NCBI RefSeq assembly: GCF_009914755.1
Contig: NC_060929.1
Strand: one strand, 5' to 3'
DNA from: the human T2T-CHM13v2.0 reference genome, Homo sapiens
DNA length: 64,000 bases
This document shows positions 13,090 to 26,600 of this stretch, piece after piece (within the stretch, counting starts at the first letter, position 1; each line of letters begins with the position of its first letter). A program made the translations under genes and the position numbers. A model generated the notes under the pieces. The model was not told the DNA's origin. It worked only from the letters and a program-made list of their open reading frames with translations, and made no database searches.

Positions 13090-14530
13090 GGTTATTGGCT
13101 GGATATTTGAAGATACTAAGAAATTATTAATTTTCTTTTAGGCTTGATAATGTTTTTCTGATTCTCTTTTAGGAAAAGTGTTCTGATTTCTGTTACTAGC
13201 CAGGATGGAGTAACAAACAGGTTAAAAAACAACAAAACAAAAGCAAACATAAATAATATTTTTAGGCATTGGAAATAGGCAGCACGGGACTGTGATCCCT
13301 AAGTAAAGGGAAACAAGTGAGGCAAACCATATGACCACCATGGCTTGCTTTCTGGAGGCACATTCCAGTCTGTAGTGCACGGAGAGGGATCCCAGAAGCA
13401 TAGCAGCAGTCTCACTGAGTTGAAGAGACAGAATGGGGTTTTGGAAGGCTGAGGTGATTAGATGTTGTGCAGCAGAGCTCCAGAGAGAAGGGTACTATGC
13501 AAAAACAAGCAAGCAAAGAAACAAACAAACCAAAACTAAACAAACAAAAGACACCAGAAATTTAAATAGGGGTTCTTTTGAATGTTTGTTGAATACCAAG
13601 TCATGAATTCATAGAGTGAAACTCCACAAACAACTGCCAAGGAGCTAAAAGCCGAACCGTTTTCAGAGCTTACCCAGAGTGGGGAGATATTCGAGCTCTG
13701 ATCATCCAGATTTGACACTCCTTGTTGATTACCCAGGGCATTCAATAGAGACCCCAGAAGTGTGTCTCTATAGTACAAAGATAAACAATCTTTATAGTAA
13801 GCCTTCTCCAGATCCACTGTGAGAAAGCTTTACATGGATCAAACTCATCACAAGTGGCATAACAGCCTGTCAGAATAATGCCAAAAACTTTGAAGGAAGA
13901 CAAAATCCAGAGGCTCACAACTGTAACATGCGGAGTGGCCATCATTCAACCAAAAAATTACCAAACATTTCAAGATGCAGGAAAAGGTCATCCATAATTA
14001 GAAGCAAGATTAGTCAATAGAAATCAACCCAGGAATGACAGAAATGATGGAGTTAGGAGTCAAGACTTCAAAACAGTTATTGTAAATGTGTCCAAGGATT
14101 TAAAGGAAAACACAAAAATGATGAGGAAGGAAATGGGAGATATAAAAGAGAACCAAATAAGATTTTAAGAATTGAATAATATAATATCTGAAATGAAAAA
14201 CTCACTGATTGAAATTAAAATCACAAAAACCACAGGAAAAAATATCAGCGACTGTGAAGCACAGAAAGAAGAAAGACTGATAAAAGGAAAAAGACATGTT
14301 ACATTTCAGTGATATACACAAAAATATTTACAGAATAAATTTACAATAGCTGGGGTTTGTTTCAAAATAATTCAAGGTTAGAGAGAAGGGAGGTGGGGGA
14401 AGTATAGATGGAGCAAAGATTGGCCATGAATTGCTAACTGTTGAACATGAGAGATAGGTCCATGGAATTCATTATGCTCTTCTCTTGATTTTTTGCATTT
14501 CCTTAAAATTATTTGTGATAAAAAATTTGA
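13090..14530 (+). mobile_element. Ancient L1M fragments: an L1M 3'-end-like piece split by an L1M 5'/ORF1-like piece (~13185-14290)
   Basis: 3'-end-like motifs at 13090-13180 and 14300-14530 (tatagatggagcaaagattggccatgaattgctaactgttgaa...gaattcattat). A-rich ORF1-like text lies between them (aatatctgaaatgaaaaactcactgattgaaattaaaa). Subfamilies not resolved. Confidence 0.6.
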
Positions 14531-15115
14531 AAACATTCTCTAGGAAAGAAAAAGTAATTAGAATTTTCCTTCTGGAAAGAGGCCAATGAGAAATAAGTCC
14601 TTCCCTCTACAACACTTCTGATTTAACAGTCTTGAATTCTGCTCTGAGGGTCAGAAGCAGGGACTAAGCTATACAAGTTGGGGTTCCTATAGCTAGAGAC
14701 ACATCCCTTATATTGGAATAATGCTCTGACACCCAGGAAGAGAAATATGAGGACTCAGGAGGAAGTCCTCATTCAAGAGGTTCCATTAATAGCAGCCACA
14801 CCTGTTCAAGGGAAAGTATGGTTGCATTTACCAGAGTCTTCTACCTGGGGTCCAAGTGGGAAAATGGGGTAGGTGGGTGATTGGTGCTGTAAATACTTTA
14901 AATTTTATTCATAAATCCAACATGTGAGTTTTTTCTAAGTGCCTAGTGTTAAAATGCTCAATTTAGTTAAACAATGGCGTATGTACTAGGGAGAACTGGG
15001 ATAGATTCTGAATTGTGAAGTTAAGACCACAGAACTCTGTAACAAACTTTAATGTCCCTTCCCAACTTTAGTGCCAGTGACTGTACTAAATGAGCCTTTG
15101 GTCACAGGGTTGCTG

Positions 15116-15421
15116 TTTTTTTTTTTGTTTGTTTTCTTTTTTAGACAGAGTCTTGCTCTGTCGCCCAGGCTGGAGTGCGGTGGTGCAATGTCCGCTCATC
15201 GAAACCTCTGCCTTCTGGGTTCAAGCGATACTCCTGCCTTAGCCTCCTGAGTAGCTGGGATTACAGGCGCACACCACCATGCCTGGCTAAATTTTGTATT
15301 TTTAGTAGAGGCAGGGTTTCACCATGTTGATCAGGCTGGTCTCAAATTCCTGACCTCGTGATCCACCCCCTTCGGCCTTCCAAAGTGCTGGGTTTACAGG
15401 TGTGAGCCACTGTGCCTGGCC
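15116..15421 (-). mobile_element. AluS, full length
   Basis: Reverse Alu dimer with TSD GGGTTGCTG at 15107-15115 and 15422-15430. Confidence 0.93.
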
Positions 15422-16750
15422 GGGTTGCTGGTTTTATAAAGTCCCTGGAAAGCTTGGTGGGTTGTCCTTCCTATACCCTTTGGATAAAACCATTCATCTC
15501 ATCTTCCTTTGCCTATTTAGAGATCGAATTTAGAGAGCATTTTTCCAATTGGTCTCAGCTTAGGCATCCATAGGATGTTCTCTAGTGGTTCTACTCTTGT
15601 AGCACTCTTGGGCTATATTATTTAATTAGCACAGGCCATATGTTAGGTTACCTTTTCAAGTATTTGTTCTACTGTGATTTTGTTGATTTGACCCGAATAC
15701 ATTTTGACTCATTGTTTGTGAATATAAACATAATGAAAATTATACCAATATTAAAATTTTTGTTCAGAAAGCAAAATCTAAGGTGAATACCATTAAGCCA
15801 ATTGAATTATTTGATCAAGTCTTGATACTGTACTAATTTTTTGTCTTTTTTATCTTCTGTTTTTCTTGTTTTACTGAAAATATTCCCATCAAATTGACAT
15901 ATTTTTGATGTAAATCTTAAAATTTATTGATAAGGTTTATAAACAGAGTCACTGATTTTAGTTTTTGCAATTTTTAATTTTTTCCTACTAAGACTGATTT
16001 TTTTTTAACCAACCAGTTTTGTAGTTTTCAGTGTCGGAAAAATCTATAACACATTTTGCCACGTTCAATTTTAGTCACTGCCAGTTTTATTTTGTTCTGA
16101 TTATTCCTTCTAGTAATGGTTCTCATAAATTGGGTAAAAGACAGCCTTTCTTAGTTAATCAATGAGGAAATTGGGAACAATTTCCTTGGCAGCTCCAGTG
16201 GCAGACTGTGGCAGCATGAAATACCACTACAAGAGGAATTTCATAGCCTTTTAGTACACCCACTTACACAAATAACAAGAAAATGTTACTCCCGTGAATT
16301 TTTAGATGTATATTTATTATCACAATTCTACTATGAATATGAATATTTAGTGATAACAGAAATATCTTTCAAGCTATGAAATTTTGTGCCCTTTTTTAGA
16401 ATCTGAACTTGTTTTCTTAAGGCTTCCAGTAGACTATATTTAAATGATCAAAATAATATGTTTCCCCATGAAACTACTTTCAATACATGTATAATGAATG
16501 TTCAATATATGTACTTAAAAAATTTCTGTCCCCCGCCGCCCCAAACATTTCCTTTCAAAATTGGAATTTGTATACAGGTCTGTGTATCTTAAAGACAGAA
16601 GTTGACTCTGACTTTCTTGTTGGTCATCCACTCACCATTTTGTCTATCAGGAGTACACTGAAGAGGAGAGGGAGAAATTCAGAAATCAGAGTTTAATAAT
16701 GTCCTACTATAATTAGCAAGGAGAGAATAAAAATAGAGTGACTTGCTTAC

Positions 16751-16967
16751 CTAAGACCCACTTCATAATGAGCATTTCTGTCCAGGAGAACTGTGTGGTT
16801 TTCACTCTGAAGATTTGTTTTGGGTAGTCTGTGAAGGTTTCGTTTGGCAGGGTTTTAACACCTTCAAATCGGTCAGATGCATTCACAACTAATAATCCCA
16901 AGAAGATTGTAAAAGAAACTGCATGAGCTACAAACTTCATGAAAGGGCTCCTCAGGGTTCGTCCTAG
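16751..16967 (-). CDS. TRPC7: TRPC7 coding exon (probably exon 5), 217 nt, phase 0-1; S1, first extracellular loop and start of S2
   Basis: Peptide [72 protein letters not shown](G). Acceptor ttttctttccAG at 16969-16968; donor G|GTAAGC at 16750-16749. Confidence 0.96.
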
Positions 16968-17384
16968 CTGGAAAGAAAATGTGTTCAAGACATGTTAAAC
17001 TGTCTCTAGGTGGATGTAGGTCTTTCTTTATAACATCGCTTTCACCAAAGTTTAACCAGAGAATCCTTCATCTTGGACAGAAACTGCTAACTGAACCCAT
17101 ACAACATTTTTTCTTGAACTATTATGTGAGATGCTGCTTGACCAAACTTATTTGGTCAATATTTTCCTATTTAGAAGACTTAGTGGGAGGGCTAAGAGAA
17201 ATTGATAGAACACACCTGACATAATCATCATGCTACATCTGATTGCACTGATACCTCCAACTGCATGGATATGAAAAAATAATGTCTGCATAAAGTTCAC
17301 AATTTTAAAAAATGCACTTTGAGTGCTCGGTTTTTGTTTAATCTACTCACTTGGGCTTCATTCTAAGGGTATTTGTTCTCAACC

Positions 17385-17690
17385 TTTCTTGTATGTTGAT
17401 ACATTTATTTAAAGCTATACATTTCTCACTAGGTACTGCTTTAGCTGTATTCTCCTAAATTTTCACTTGTAGCATTTTCATTGACATTCTGTTATAAATA
17501 TTTTATAAATTATATTGTGATTTCATTTTTAACTCAAGGATTATTTCATTTCCAGACATAGAGGACTTTTTTTCTCCCTGCTTTAAAAAATTTGAATTTT
17601 ATTGCAGCATCTTTATAGAACATAGCCTCTATGATGGTATTCTAAAATTCATTGAGGTTTTCCTTTTGGCCTAGTGCCTGAAATGTCACA
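17385..17690 (-). mobile_element. Old L1M ORF2-region fragment
   Basis: atttaaagctatacatttctcactaggtactgctttagctgtattc...ttttcattgacattc resembles reverse L1M. Confidence 0.6.
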
Positions 17691-20600
17691 AGCTGGAAAT
17701 GGTCCAAAAGATGCCCTATTAGGAGCAAATACTAGTCACATCTTCTTTATCTCATGGCACCCCATCCAAAGGCCACTTGGATCTTTGGGATCGAATTGAG
17801 GGCTGCACGTTGAGTACTTGCCAACCTCCTGTTAATGAACTCAGTTGGGACTCTTCCAGCTCATTGCCCTCATCTAAGCACCAAGCCCTACCCCTCATCC
17901 AGGTACAATAATAAGGCAAGAACAAAGAGGAACATCTTTTCTGAAGCTCAGTTCCTTTTCCAAGGTAGATATTCAATTATAACCAGTGACTGATTACTTG
18001 ACATTCACATTCTGCCTCATTCAGGAGTCCTAGAGTGAAATGTTACCCAGGAGATAGACTGTTGGTTCAACAGAAGATCAATTACAGGGCCTTCTCTAAG
18101 TAGAATTTTCCTAGTCACATATGTTCAGCACAACATTTATAAATCAGATGGTTTGATAATGTTCTTTTAATGTGCTTCAGTATGTTAATCATCCACTTTA
18201 ATTACTGTAGTTATTAGCATAACATTATTATGATTCTGATGCTATAGAACCCATTTATTAAAATAAAGTATTAGTTTTTATCTTTTTTAAAAATCTAGGT
18301 TTTAAAAAATATCCAAGCATTAGGAGTCCCTGCTTGTGTTAGAATTCATCTGCATATTGTCATATGACACTAGGAATAACTTCAGAAATATAAAGAGATG
18401 TTTATCTGACAATAGGCCCACAAATATTTTACAATAACATTTCTGTATAATGTTTATTACTTACAAAAATAGGGACTGTAGATTATTTTTGGCAATAGAC
18501 AGATGTGCTAGTTATAGAATGCAGTGGCATTCTATAGGGCACTGAAGGTGATAGAGATAGAGATAAAATGTAAGGACAAATAAAACATTTTTATATAAAT
18601 TCAGTAAAAAACTGAATTAAACCATGTCTCTTTTTTATTTATATGATATTAAATAGCTAGTTTGAAGTTTTTGACATTTTAGCAAATGGTGTTAGCATCT
18701 TGGAGCCCCATTTCCCAACCAGGACCTTGGGATATTTTGGCATATCCAGGAGACAGCCTTAGGTAGTCATCACATTGTTTCTTGTCACTGTGTCCTGACT
18801 GAGCTGGTGATGAGAGGTGATGGGAGATGGAGAATGACTGCAGGGAGGAGAATAGATGAGGAGAGGGGAGACTGAAGAGAGGGCAAGGGATACCAGGTCT
18901 TGTGTATCCCAGCAAGGTTTCAAGAATGTTAGAAAAAGCTGGGGAACTCTGAGATAGACACAGCTCTTAAGGGGTCCATTTTCCCCATCCTTTATCTGTG
19001 GTCTCTACCTAATATCTTCAGTGATAATCTGGATGAGGATATGGGGTATACCTCTCCAACTTCTCACCCAGGTGAGGCACCTGATTCCTGGAATTTGTAT
19101 GTAGCTGCACCCAAGCTGGCTTTGAGTTTCCCCAGAAGACCTGGTTTAAGGAATTTAATATTCGTTTTGTTACCTCCTTCAAGCTGTTATCTTCTAGAAG
19201 AAGATGAATCTGCAAAACTTATTATATTTACTATAAACCATAATAAAAAGTCCTGTTAATGCCTTTTGGTGATTTGATGGAAAGTTACCCTGGGCTCAGT
19301 TCCCACTTGATCTAGGTCACAGGGAGGAAAAGTGAGGTTGGGAATTGATATTCTTTTCCTATACTTCTGGGTTTGAATGCATCTTTTTATCTGGTAAAAC
19401 TTTGATAAAGGTCAAATGAGATCCAGTCATTTCAATGGTTTCCTTTTTCTTTATTTGTAAAATTCCCTATTTGACTCACACAGATAATTTTTGAAGTAAA
19501 TTACCTTTGGGGAAAATTTCCTCCATTTGCAAGGCCATCAGATGAGCCAAAAGAAAGGAGAAAAGTCAACCAATATATGCTAGCAGCTCTTAGCTGCAGA
19601 ATCGTTAAAGCTGGGTCAGGTATCAGCGTTAGGTGTAAAAAGAGATGAAGATGTGGGCCTTAGCCTGCTGTGCCTGGAGTGCAGAACTGAGAAGCCCAAA
19701 AAATGTGGGCTAAAGCAGTTCAGTCATTACTAGGACCTTATGAGCTGAGAACACATCAGGAAATTAAAGCTTGTAGAACTGAAGTCTCTGGCTCACCCGA
19801 AGCTTCCTGGCCACTATTCTTTGGCTCTGAGAAATATATGAATGTCAAAGCAACTGAAGAGTGCCCCTGAATTGGCTCCAAGAAAATTGCCTTCATGGAC
19901 CTTTGGGGTGGGCACCTGCGTTTACTGGTCAGCACCAACTCTGTGTTCCATGCCACTGGGCTCTTAGCCCCCACAAGTGTAAGCACCTAAGCGGTACCTG
20001 GATGTGTGAGTCCCCACATCCCAGAAATATAGCCCTGTGGCTGTGATTGTGGTAGATCACTCAGAAAAGGTTTCCAGCATCTTCCTAATCTTTTATGACA
20101 GAGTCTCCTTCGCCAAATGCCACTCTCGCTTTCCACTGGGTGCCATGGTCTTAAGCAAGGGCCTGGTTTACAAGTTAGAAACTGAGTGAAAGTAAACTTG
20201 GATTAATCATTCCCAAAAGAATCATGCACAGCTTCGGGGTTGGGTGATTCTCAAATGTTAGCGAGATCCTGGTTAAATTAGAGGCAGATCCTCAAGATGC
20301 TCCCCCTGAAACTCTTATTCAAAATGTCTAACATAGGGCTCAGGATTTTTCCCTTTTATGATGGGGTGGGATAGTGGTGGTGTTACTGGGTGCCTGTAAT
20401 CAGTGTTCTTACATTACAATGTCAATCTACACATTGTAACGACTTGATATTTCTCCACACATTTCAATGTGAATCCACACTTTGTCCTGGGGGCTGAAGA
20501 GGGATTTACAAAGCAGGACTCCGATGAAAGAAAAGGAAGGGACAGAGTTTGTCATCTGGTTGTTTTGACTTCTTTCTAAAAAAGTCCTACCAACTTTTAA

Positions 20601-20734
20601 GATCTAAATCAAGTCCATTTCAAGGTCGGTTAGTCAGCAGCTAAGATGTTTATGTTAGGCGTTGAAGGTTGTAATGGTGCTCGTGTAACTAGAGGGATGT
20701 GTGTGTGCGCGCACACGTGGGCGGTGCATTTGCA

Positions 20735-20965
20735 TGCAGCCATTAAGTGCAGATCTCTGGAGCCAGAGACTCTAGGTTTAAACCACAGCTTCCTATATTT
20801 TTTTAAAAACAAGTTATTTAATCCCTTAGTGTTTCAGTTTCTTCTTTTATAAAATGGGGATAAAAATAGTGCCAACTGCATAGGGTCAATGTAAGCAATG
20901 CATTATTTAATACACACAACGCAGTTAGAACAGTGCCTGGTGTATGGGAAGTACTCAATATATGG
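20735..20965 (+). mobile_element. MIR SINE, nearly complete
   Basis: tctggagccagagactctaggtttaaacc...aagttatttaatcccttagtgtttcagtttctt...taaaatggggataaaaatagt...agaacagtgcctgg...actcaata. Confidence 0.8.
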
Positions 20966-23900
20966 CACTGGAGGGTCTCAGGGCATTCTCCTAAGTGGAA
21001 TCTTAAAATAAACTTCACACAAAGGTGGACCCAAACAGAGTCCTTATGTCTTTATGCCACGAGCCTGTTCGGGATATCTCTTATAGACAGCCTGTTGTGC
21101 TATCTATATGCAACACGATGCTGGGCACTGGAGGTGAAAGAGATAAAACAAGCTGTAAGAGTTGGATCTTCCCTTCAAAGTTGCTGATTTTCTAGTGTGG
21201 AGAGACACAGGCTAAAAAGTGTGATAGGAAATAGATGGAGAGATGGGGAGAAATGTTGCAGGGCTCAGCCTGGGCTAAGTCTGGGCTAAGTCTGAAAGTG
21301 ATCAGCTTCCGGCACTCTTTAATCCTATCTCAGCAGGGTGACAGGTGCTGGACTAGCCTTTTGGACTTGGGAACAGAAGCATTGGTGACATAAGAGCACC
21401 GATGCTGTATTTCCTGACACAAATTTCCTCTCCATGGCTATGCTTCAAAAATTGTGTTGTGATTTTCTTTAATCGAGTGTAGCTCTCTGGTAGAGATAAA
21501 TGTGGAGAAAAAGAGGTCTCTGGAGGTGCTCTCCTCTCCTGGTTGGCCCCTGAACCACATGGTTTGAGGACCCCTTTCAAGCCATTTCAGCTTTGGTAAG
21601 GCAAAGCAGAGATCTTTCAAAGCTGCCCACTCACTCACGCCTTCCTTACTAGATATTCATGTTTGGGATGGTGAAGAGGGGGTACCAACTTTATATTTCT
21701 CCGAGCAAGGGTTATGGCAGTAAGGACTGATAGATTGCACACTACAAAGATATAAGGTTGGATTCTAAAGTTGTTTACAGTTCCTCCTGCCTGAGTCCTG
21801 GGGTAAATTTTGAAGATAATTGGAACAGTTATAGTTAACAGGTAATAGACAAGGTCAGCTTCTCCTTCCCTGTTATAATTAAAACTGGTGCAGTTCCTCA
21901 GCATTTTCATGATGCTGGCTTCTGCCACATCATATAGAGACACTGTTTGAACCTTTGAAGATGACTGTTATTTATTCTTTTGGCTCTGAGATCTTAACAG
22001 GCAAACAATCTAACTTACACATCAGAATAGGATAGCAAAGGATGGAAACAGCTTAGGCAGCTATAAAGACCCTTTGACATTGGAGTCCTTGTTGAGAGAA
22101 TAAAGAACTCTTTAGGCAAACAGAGACCTAACTGCTGTGCATCCATAGGGATTAGAATTCACTGGTCTCCCAGTGGGCTGCCTGAGCTCAACTAAGTTGG
22201 TGATGACAATGAGAAATGATAAACAGAATCACTGTTCTTTCTCTTGACCCAGATGAACCTGTCCCATGCTCCAGGCCTGCATTTATCATTATACGTAGCC
22301 ATCTGTGACTTGGTTATCCTCTTCAACCAACATATTAGTAAGCTGAACTTCTGTTGACACCTTTCACCTTGTAATTTCCTTATTTAACTGTCTTTCTTAG
22401 GGACCCTCAGAAACAATATAAAAATAGAATTGACAGCCTTGATAATTCAATAGGAAAGAAATGATGCAGTCATTATGGCTGGCTAATCAAGTAATTTTGA
22501 TGCTCCTAATAGTCTCTAAATTAGGGCAACAACTATTAGGAAGTAAATGCACCATTGGGTTGGAAACAGAAATCTCAACATTTACTAGACATTGATGGGC
22601 ATTAGTTAGTTGACGAAGTTTGCAAGTGACATTTTATGAATACATTTATAAAATAATATCAAGGTCTAAGTTTTCAGAAAGAGGTGTAATAATGTCATTA
22701 GAATGAGATCTCTGAAATGACATTGTCCTTTTCCTAGAATTACAGATATAGACAGATGTAAAGTCAGTGACCCCTCAGGAGGAGGGCTGCCAGCCCATTA
22801 ACAGACTTCGCCATTGCCCTCCTTTTGGGAAGACATGGTTTTTCTGGGCATCAGGAACCCTTAGAGGGGCTGGTTTTGTCACATGGCAGATGTGACCTCT
22901 CTGTAATTCCCAGTAATATCTCTGCCAAAGTTGAAAAGATTTCTTTCTAAATGGTGAAAGGAAAGACTAAAAATATCTTGACTGTTTTATCTGTCCTTTG
23001 GCTGCCTCAGAGCAAGTTCAACAGCTCTTTAATGAGGGAATCTTTGCTTGTAATGAGCAGTGCCACCAAGAGTCATCTCATGCCACAGACTGAGTTATCG
23101 ACATGCCCTCTACTGCACTGAGCTCAGACTTGGAATCTAGAAAGTCACAGAAGTGACAAGTGGCTTAATGATCAGTTCATGTCTATCTTGAGTTTCTTTT
23201 TTCTTTTTTTAGTCTTAATGGAACTTCTGGGGGCACCAAATGTCAATCACATGAGTATCTAAACAGAGGTGAGGAAACCCCTGTTATGGACCAAACTTCC
23301 CTGCAACTGTTTCCTCCAGAGTGTTCCAGAAAACTGCCATAGGTCTGACCCCTACATCCCAGGTGCTATTACCTTCCTGGATTTACTAGGCCCAAGAAAT
23401 TCTAGAAATCCCTCTCTGCAACCACACACTTTTTAATGGGATCACATCTGCATATGTACCAAGATTCCTCTCAGAGCTACCAGAAATCTAAACAATTTAG
23501 TCAGCAACTACTCTTTCTGAGTCTTTTCCCAGGCCACTAGGCACTCAGAGGCAAGCCAGTTTGCTCCTGTTGGCAAGTCCCAGGTTCCTGGAAGCTGTCA
23601 CATTTAGCTTTGCAGCAAAAGTGAGGATTGGCAGCGCTTTCTCCACAAAGTTGCTGTTATTTTAATGATCGAACAGCCTAGAATTTGTTCTGGGGCTCAG
23701 AGAAAGTGAAGTTAAGTGTCCCTACTCACTGGGGCTCTGGGTGAAGGCAACTTACAGTACAGACTGTGCCTAAAACCCATGACCAGCTTCAAGCCAGCTT
23801 TAAATCTGGTTAGTTTTTTCACCCACTGTGTTTTTTCAGCTCATAATGAAGGACAGAAAAAAATTGCCTTTACCTACATATATATTACTTGGGAAATTCT

Positions 23901-25203
23901 GATCTGAAAGTGCCTGGCATGATAAACTGCCATAGAAGCAAAATCCTCAATAGATGTAAGGTTGAATACTGTAAAAGTTCAGTAAGAGGGCTTCCATTCT
24001 TAATACTACTCTCCGGAAGAAGGATTTGGGGACTTGACCTCTCTCTGTGACCCTGTACCTACTGTGAGGCAGTCAGTTCATTGACTGTCTGGTTAGGTGG
24101 CCTCACCAGCAGCCCCGAAGTCTCGCAGCTGTCATTCTGGTATGAGTTACTCCTAAGTGGAGTTGACAAGAGGGTTGGTTCACTGGTGACACTTTTATTA
24201 ACCACATTACCTGATCAAATTGCCTATGGAACTAATCTCCCTGTAGTCATATTTCTCCTACTGAATGTTGATTACCTAAGCTTAATTCCTTTTTAAATGT
24301 ATCACTAGGTAAATGCAGCTTTGGAACCTTTAGTGACAATCTTAAACCCATGAAACATACTTCAAAATTTCTGCATGGTTTGGTCTTAAAAGCACTGACT
24401 CTTCCCCGAAGCTGGAGTGCTGTTACTTTCTACGGCTTTGACTCATGTGACTGGGATGTGGGGATGGTGGAGCCGCTAGTAGGGCAGCTTGGCACCTGCA
24501 GTTTCCACTCCTTCCATCACTGGTGGGCACTGGACACTCCCCCTCAGGGAAATAACACTCCTTTTGAGCTCTTCTTCTCTTTCCTTTGCCTTTTTCCTTC
24601 CTGCAACCTAATTAGCTGCCCATGTGAGCCAGAACCTCATCGAAGGGGCCAGGAAAACTAGGAAGATGTTGCAATGTGTCTGCAGTGCCCCAGCATGAGC
24701 TGTGTTTGACTCCCAGCCTACTAGTTATTTCTCTTTTCTGGACCTACTTCATAAAGCATACATGTCATAATGTAATTGAGGCTGTGAAATGAGATATTCC
24801 ATGAAAAGGGCTTAGAGAAGAGAAACTACTCAAATGTTAGCTATTACTATTACCATGATTCTAATTATTATACTGTGGGTTTGGAGGACATGCTTAGGAC
24901 ATTGCATAATTAGAAGAAGAAAAGTGTCTTTATTCTCAATTCTGTTACTGATCTTTTCAAATTATGCCTCTCGTGTTTAAAATTTTATTGCTCCTCTCTC
25001 TCTTTGAAAAAAAAAAGATTTAAAAAAGCACGTCTTAACATTTTTCCTTTTATGTGGTTTCCTACTTTCACCGGGTATCTCAGGAATATTTTCTTTAAAT
25101 ATGGGAAAAAATCAGCTGCTAATTTGAACAAAATGGATTTCAGATCATGCTAAGAAGAGAGAAGAAATAACCGCAAACGACATGCACCTTAAGCAGTCTG
25201 TAC

Positions 25204-25368
25204 CTTGCTGCACGGAGCAATCCAATAGGCTATGGCGAGAAAAGGGAGGCCTATGGAGACTCCAAAGACAGCCAGGAATTTCACAGCGATAGACTGTTGA
25301 CGTAAGCCTGAGAGATTTTCATACCACATGGTAAGCAATTGCTGCTGACAGTTAGGATGAGCAACGAA
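25204..25368 (-). CDS. TRPC7: TRPC7 coding exon (probably exon 4), 165 nt, phase 0-0; pre-S1 elbow region
   Basis: 55 codons [55 protein letters not shown]; FVAHPNCQQ is a TRPC hallmark. Acceptor tttttacAG at 25370-25369; donor AAG|GTACAG at 25203-25202. Confidence 0.96.
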
Positions 25369-25370
25369 CT

Positions 25371-25408
25371 GTAAAAACAAAACAAAAACAAAAACAAAAC
25401 GCAAACAG
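25371..25408 (-). repeat. (GTTTT/GTTTTT)n simple repeat forming the polypyrimidine tract of the 25368 exon
   Basis: The + strand reads gtaaaaacaaaacaaaaacaaaaacaaaacgcaaacag immediately next to the acceptor. Confidence 0.85.
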
Positions 25409-25749
25409 GAAAATGGCATTGATAGCACTTGAACAGTATACAACCTAGGAGTAGCTGGGGGCTGAAATGCTCCACCTGGGGGGTGGTTGAGGAACCTGCA
25501 GTGGGTGGGGATGAGGCGTAGGAAGGGGGCCTTCTGACTTGGGGATGCTAAGGAACTTTGTGCTGTGGCCAGAGTCCTTGCAAGACTGGCTGAATTCACA
25601 CTTTGCAAACTGGGCCTAGAAAAGTCTAAGGCACAGAAAATGGAAGTCAGCTTTTCGGTACATGCTTGTCTTCAATTCAGGCTGTTCAGCTGATCAAGGG
25701 AGACTTATCTCTGGGCAGAGTTCACTTGGGAAGGAACACAGAGGAATGG

Positions 25750-25915
25750 ATGGAGCATGAATGGGGTTTTGGAGTCAGACATGGGTGTGAATTTTGTTCT
25801 ACCCCCTACTAGTTGGGTGACCTTGGGACAGTTACTTAACCTCTCTGAGCTTTAATATTCTTATCTGCAAAACAGAGCTTATCACATTGTCTTGGAGGAT
25901 TAAATGACATTGTAA
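25750..25915 (+). mobile_element. MIR SINE
   Basis: ttttggagtcagacatgggtgtgaatttt...gtgaccttgggacagttacttaacctctctgagc. Confidence 0.75.
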
Positions 25916-26129
25916 AAAAAAAAAAATCCCCTCTCTTTACCTATGTAGTCTAAGGAAAAATGCTTACAGTGTTTCCAGAGGATGTGTTAAAACTCCTCAA
26001 TATTTTCTCACTGGATCCCAGTGGTGTTGGGCTTGAATCCAGTTTTTTTGTGGCGTGATGGAGCACCACCACACTGGATCCTCCACGGAGTAGCTTCCTT
26101 CTGGGACATCACACACCCTTCTTACCACT

Positions 26130-26600
26130 ACTTCTCTCTCTTGGAACTGTTCTGCCCTAATGCTTAGGTTACAAGACAGACCTCTTGTGGCCATTTTCTA
26201 TTGTGTGGCCATGTCCTGCCCTCACCCGTGGATTCAGCTTATTGGACTAGGAGTGGAACCCTGACCTAAACTGGGCCTATCAGGTTTTCTTTCCTGCGTG
26301 TTTAGGACTATGTTGAGAGAGGCAGTCTATTTATTTAGTAGAGAGTTAATATGTAACCTTGGACAATCTGGGTAGCTATCTTCCACTTTATGGACTAAGT
26401 AGCAAAACAAGTCTGTTGAAAGCAGAAAGAGAATGGTGTGCAGAAAGAGGCTGAGCTAGTGTTTGACCTCTTTAGGGCCCAGCTCCACTCTACCCATGTG
26501 GTCCATGAGACACTTTTATATTCATAAACAAAATGTTTTGTTTTTTGCTTGATCCAGCATATTGGCTTTAGTTGTTGCTACCAGAACATCCCTTTTCTGC
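26130..26600 (+). mobile_element. Probable old MaLR (MLT1-type) solo LTR
   Basis: ctgacctaaactgggcctatcagg and a 3'-end-like ttttttgcttgatccagc...ttgttgctaccagaacatcc. Highly diverged. Confidence 0.4.
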
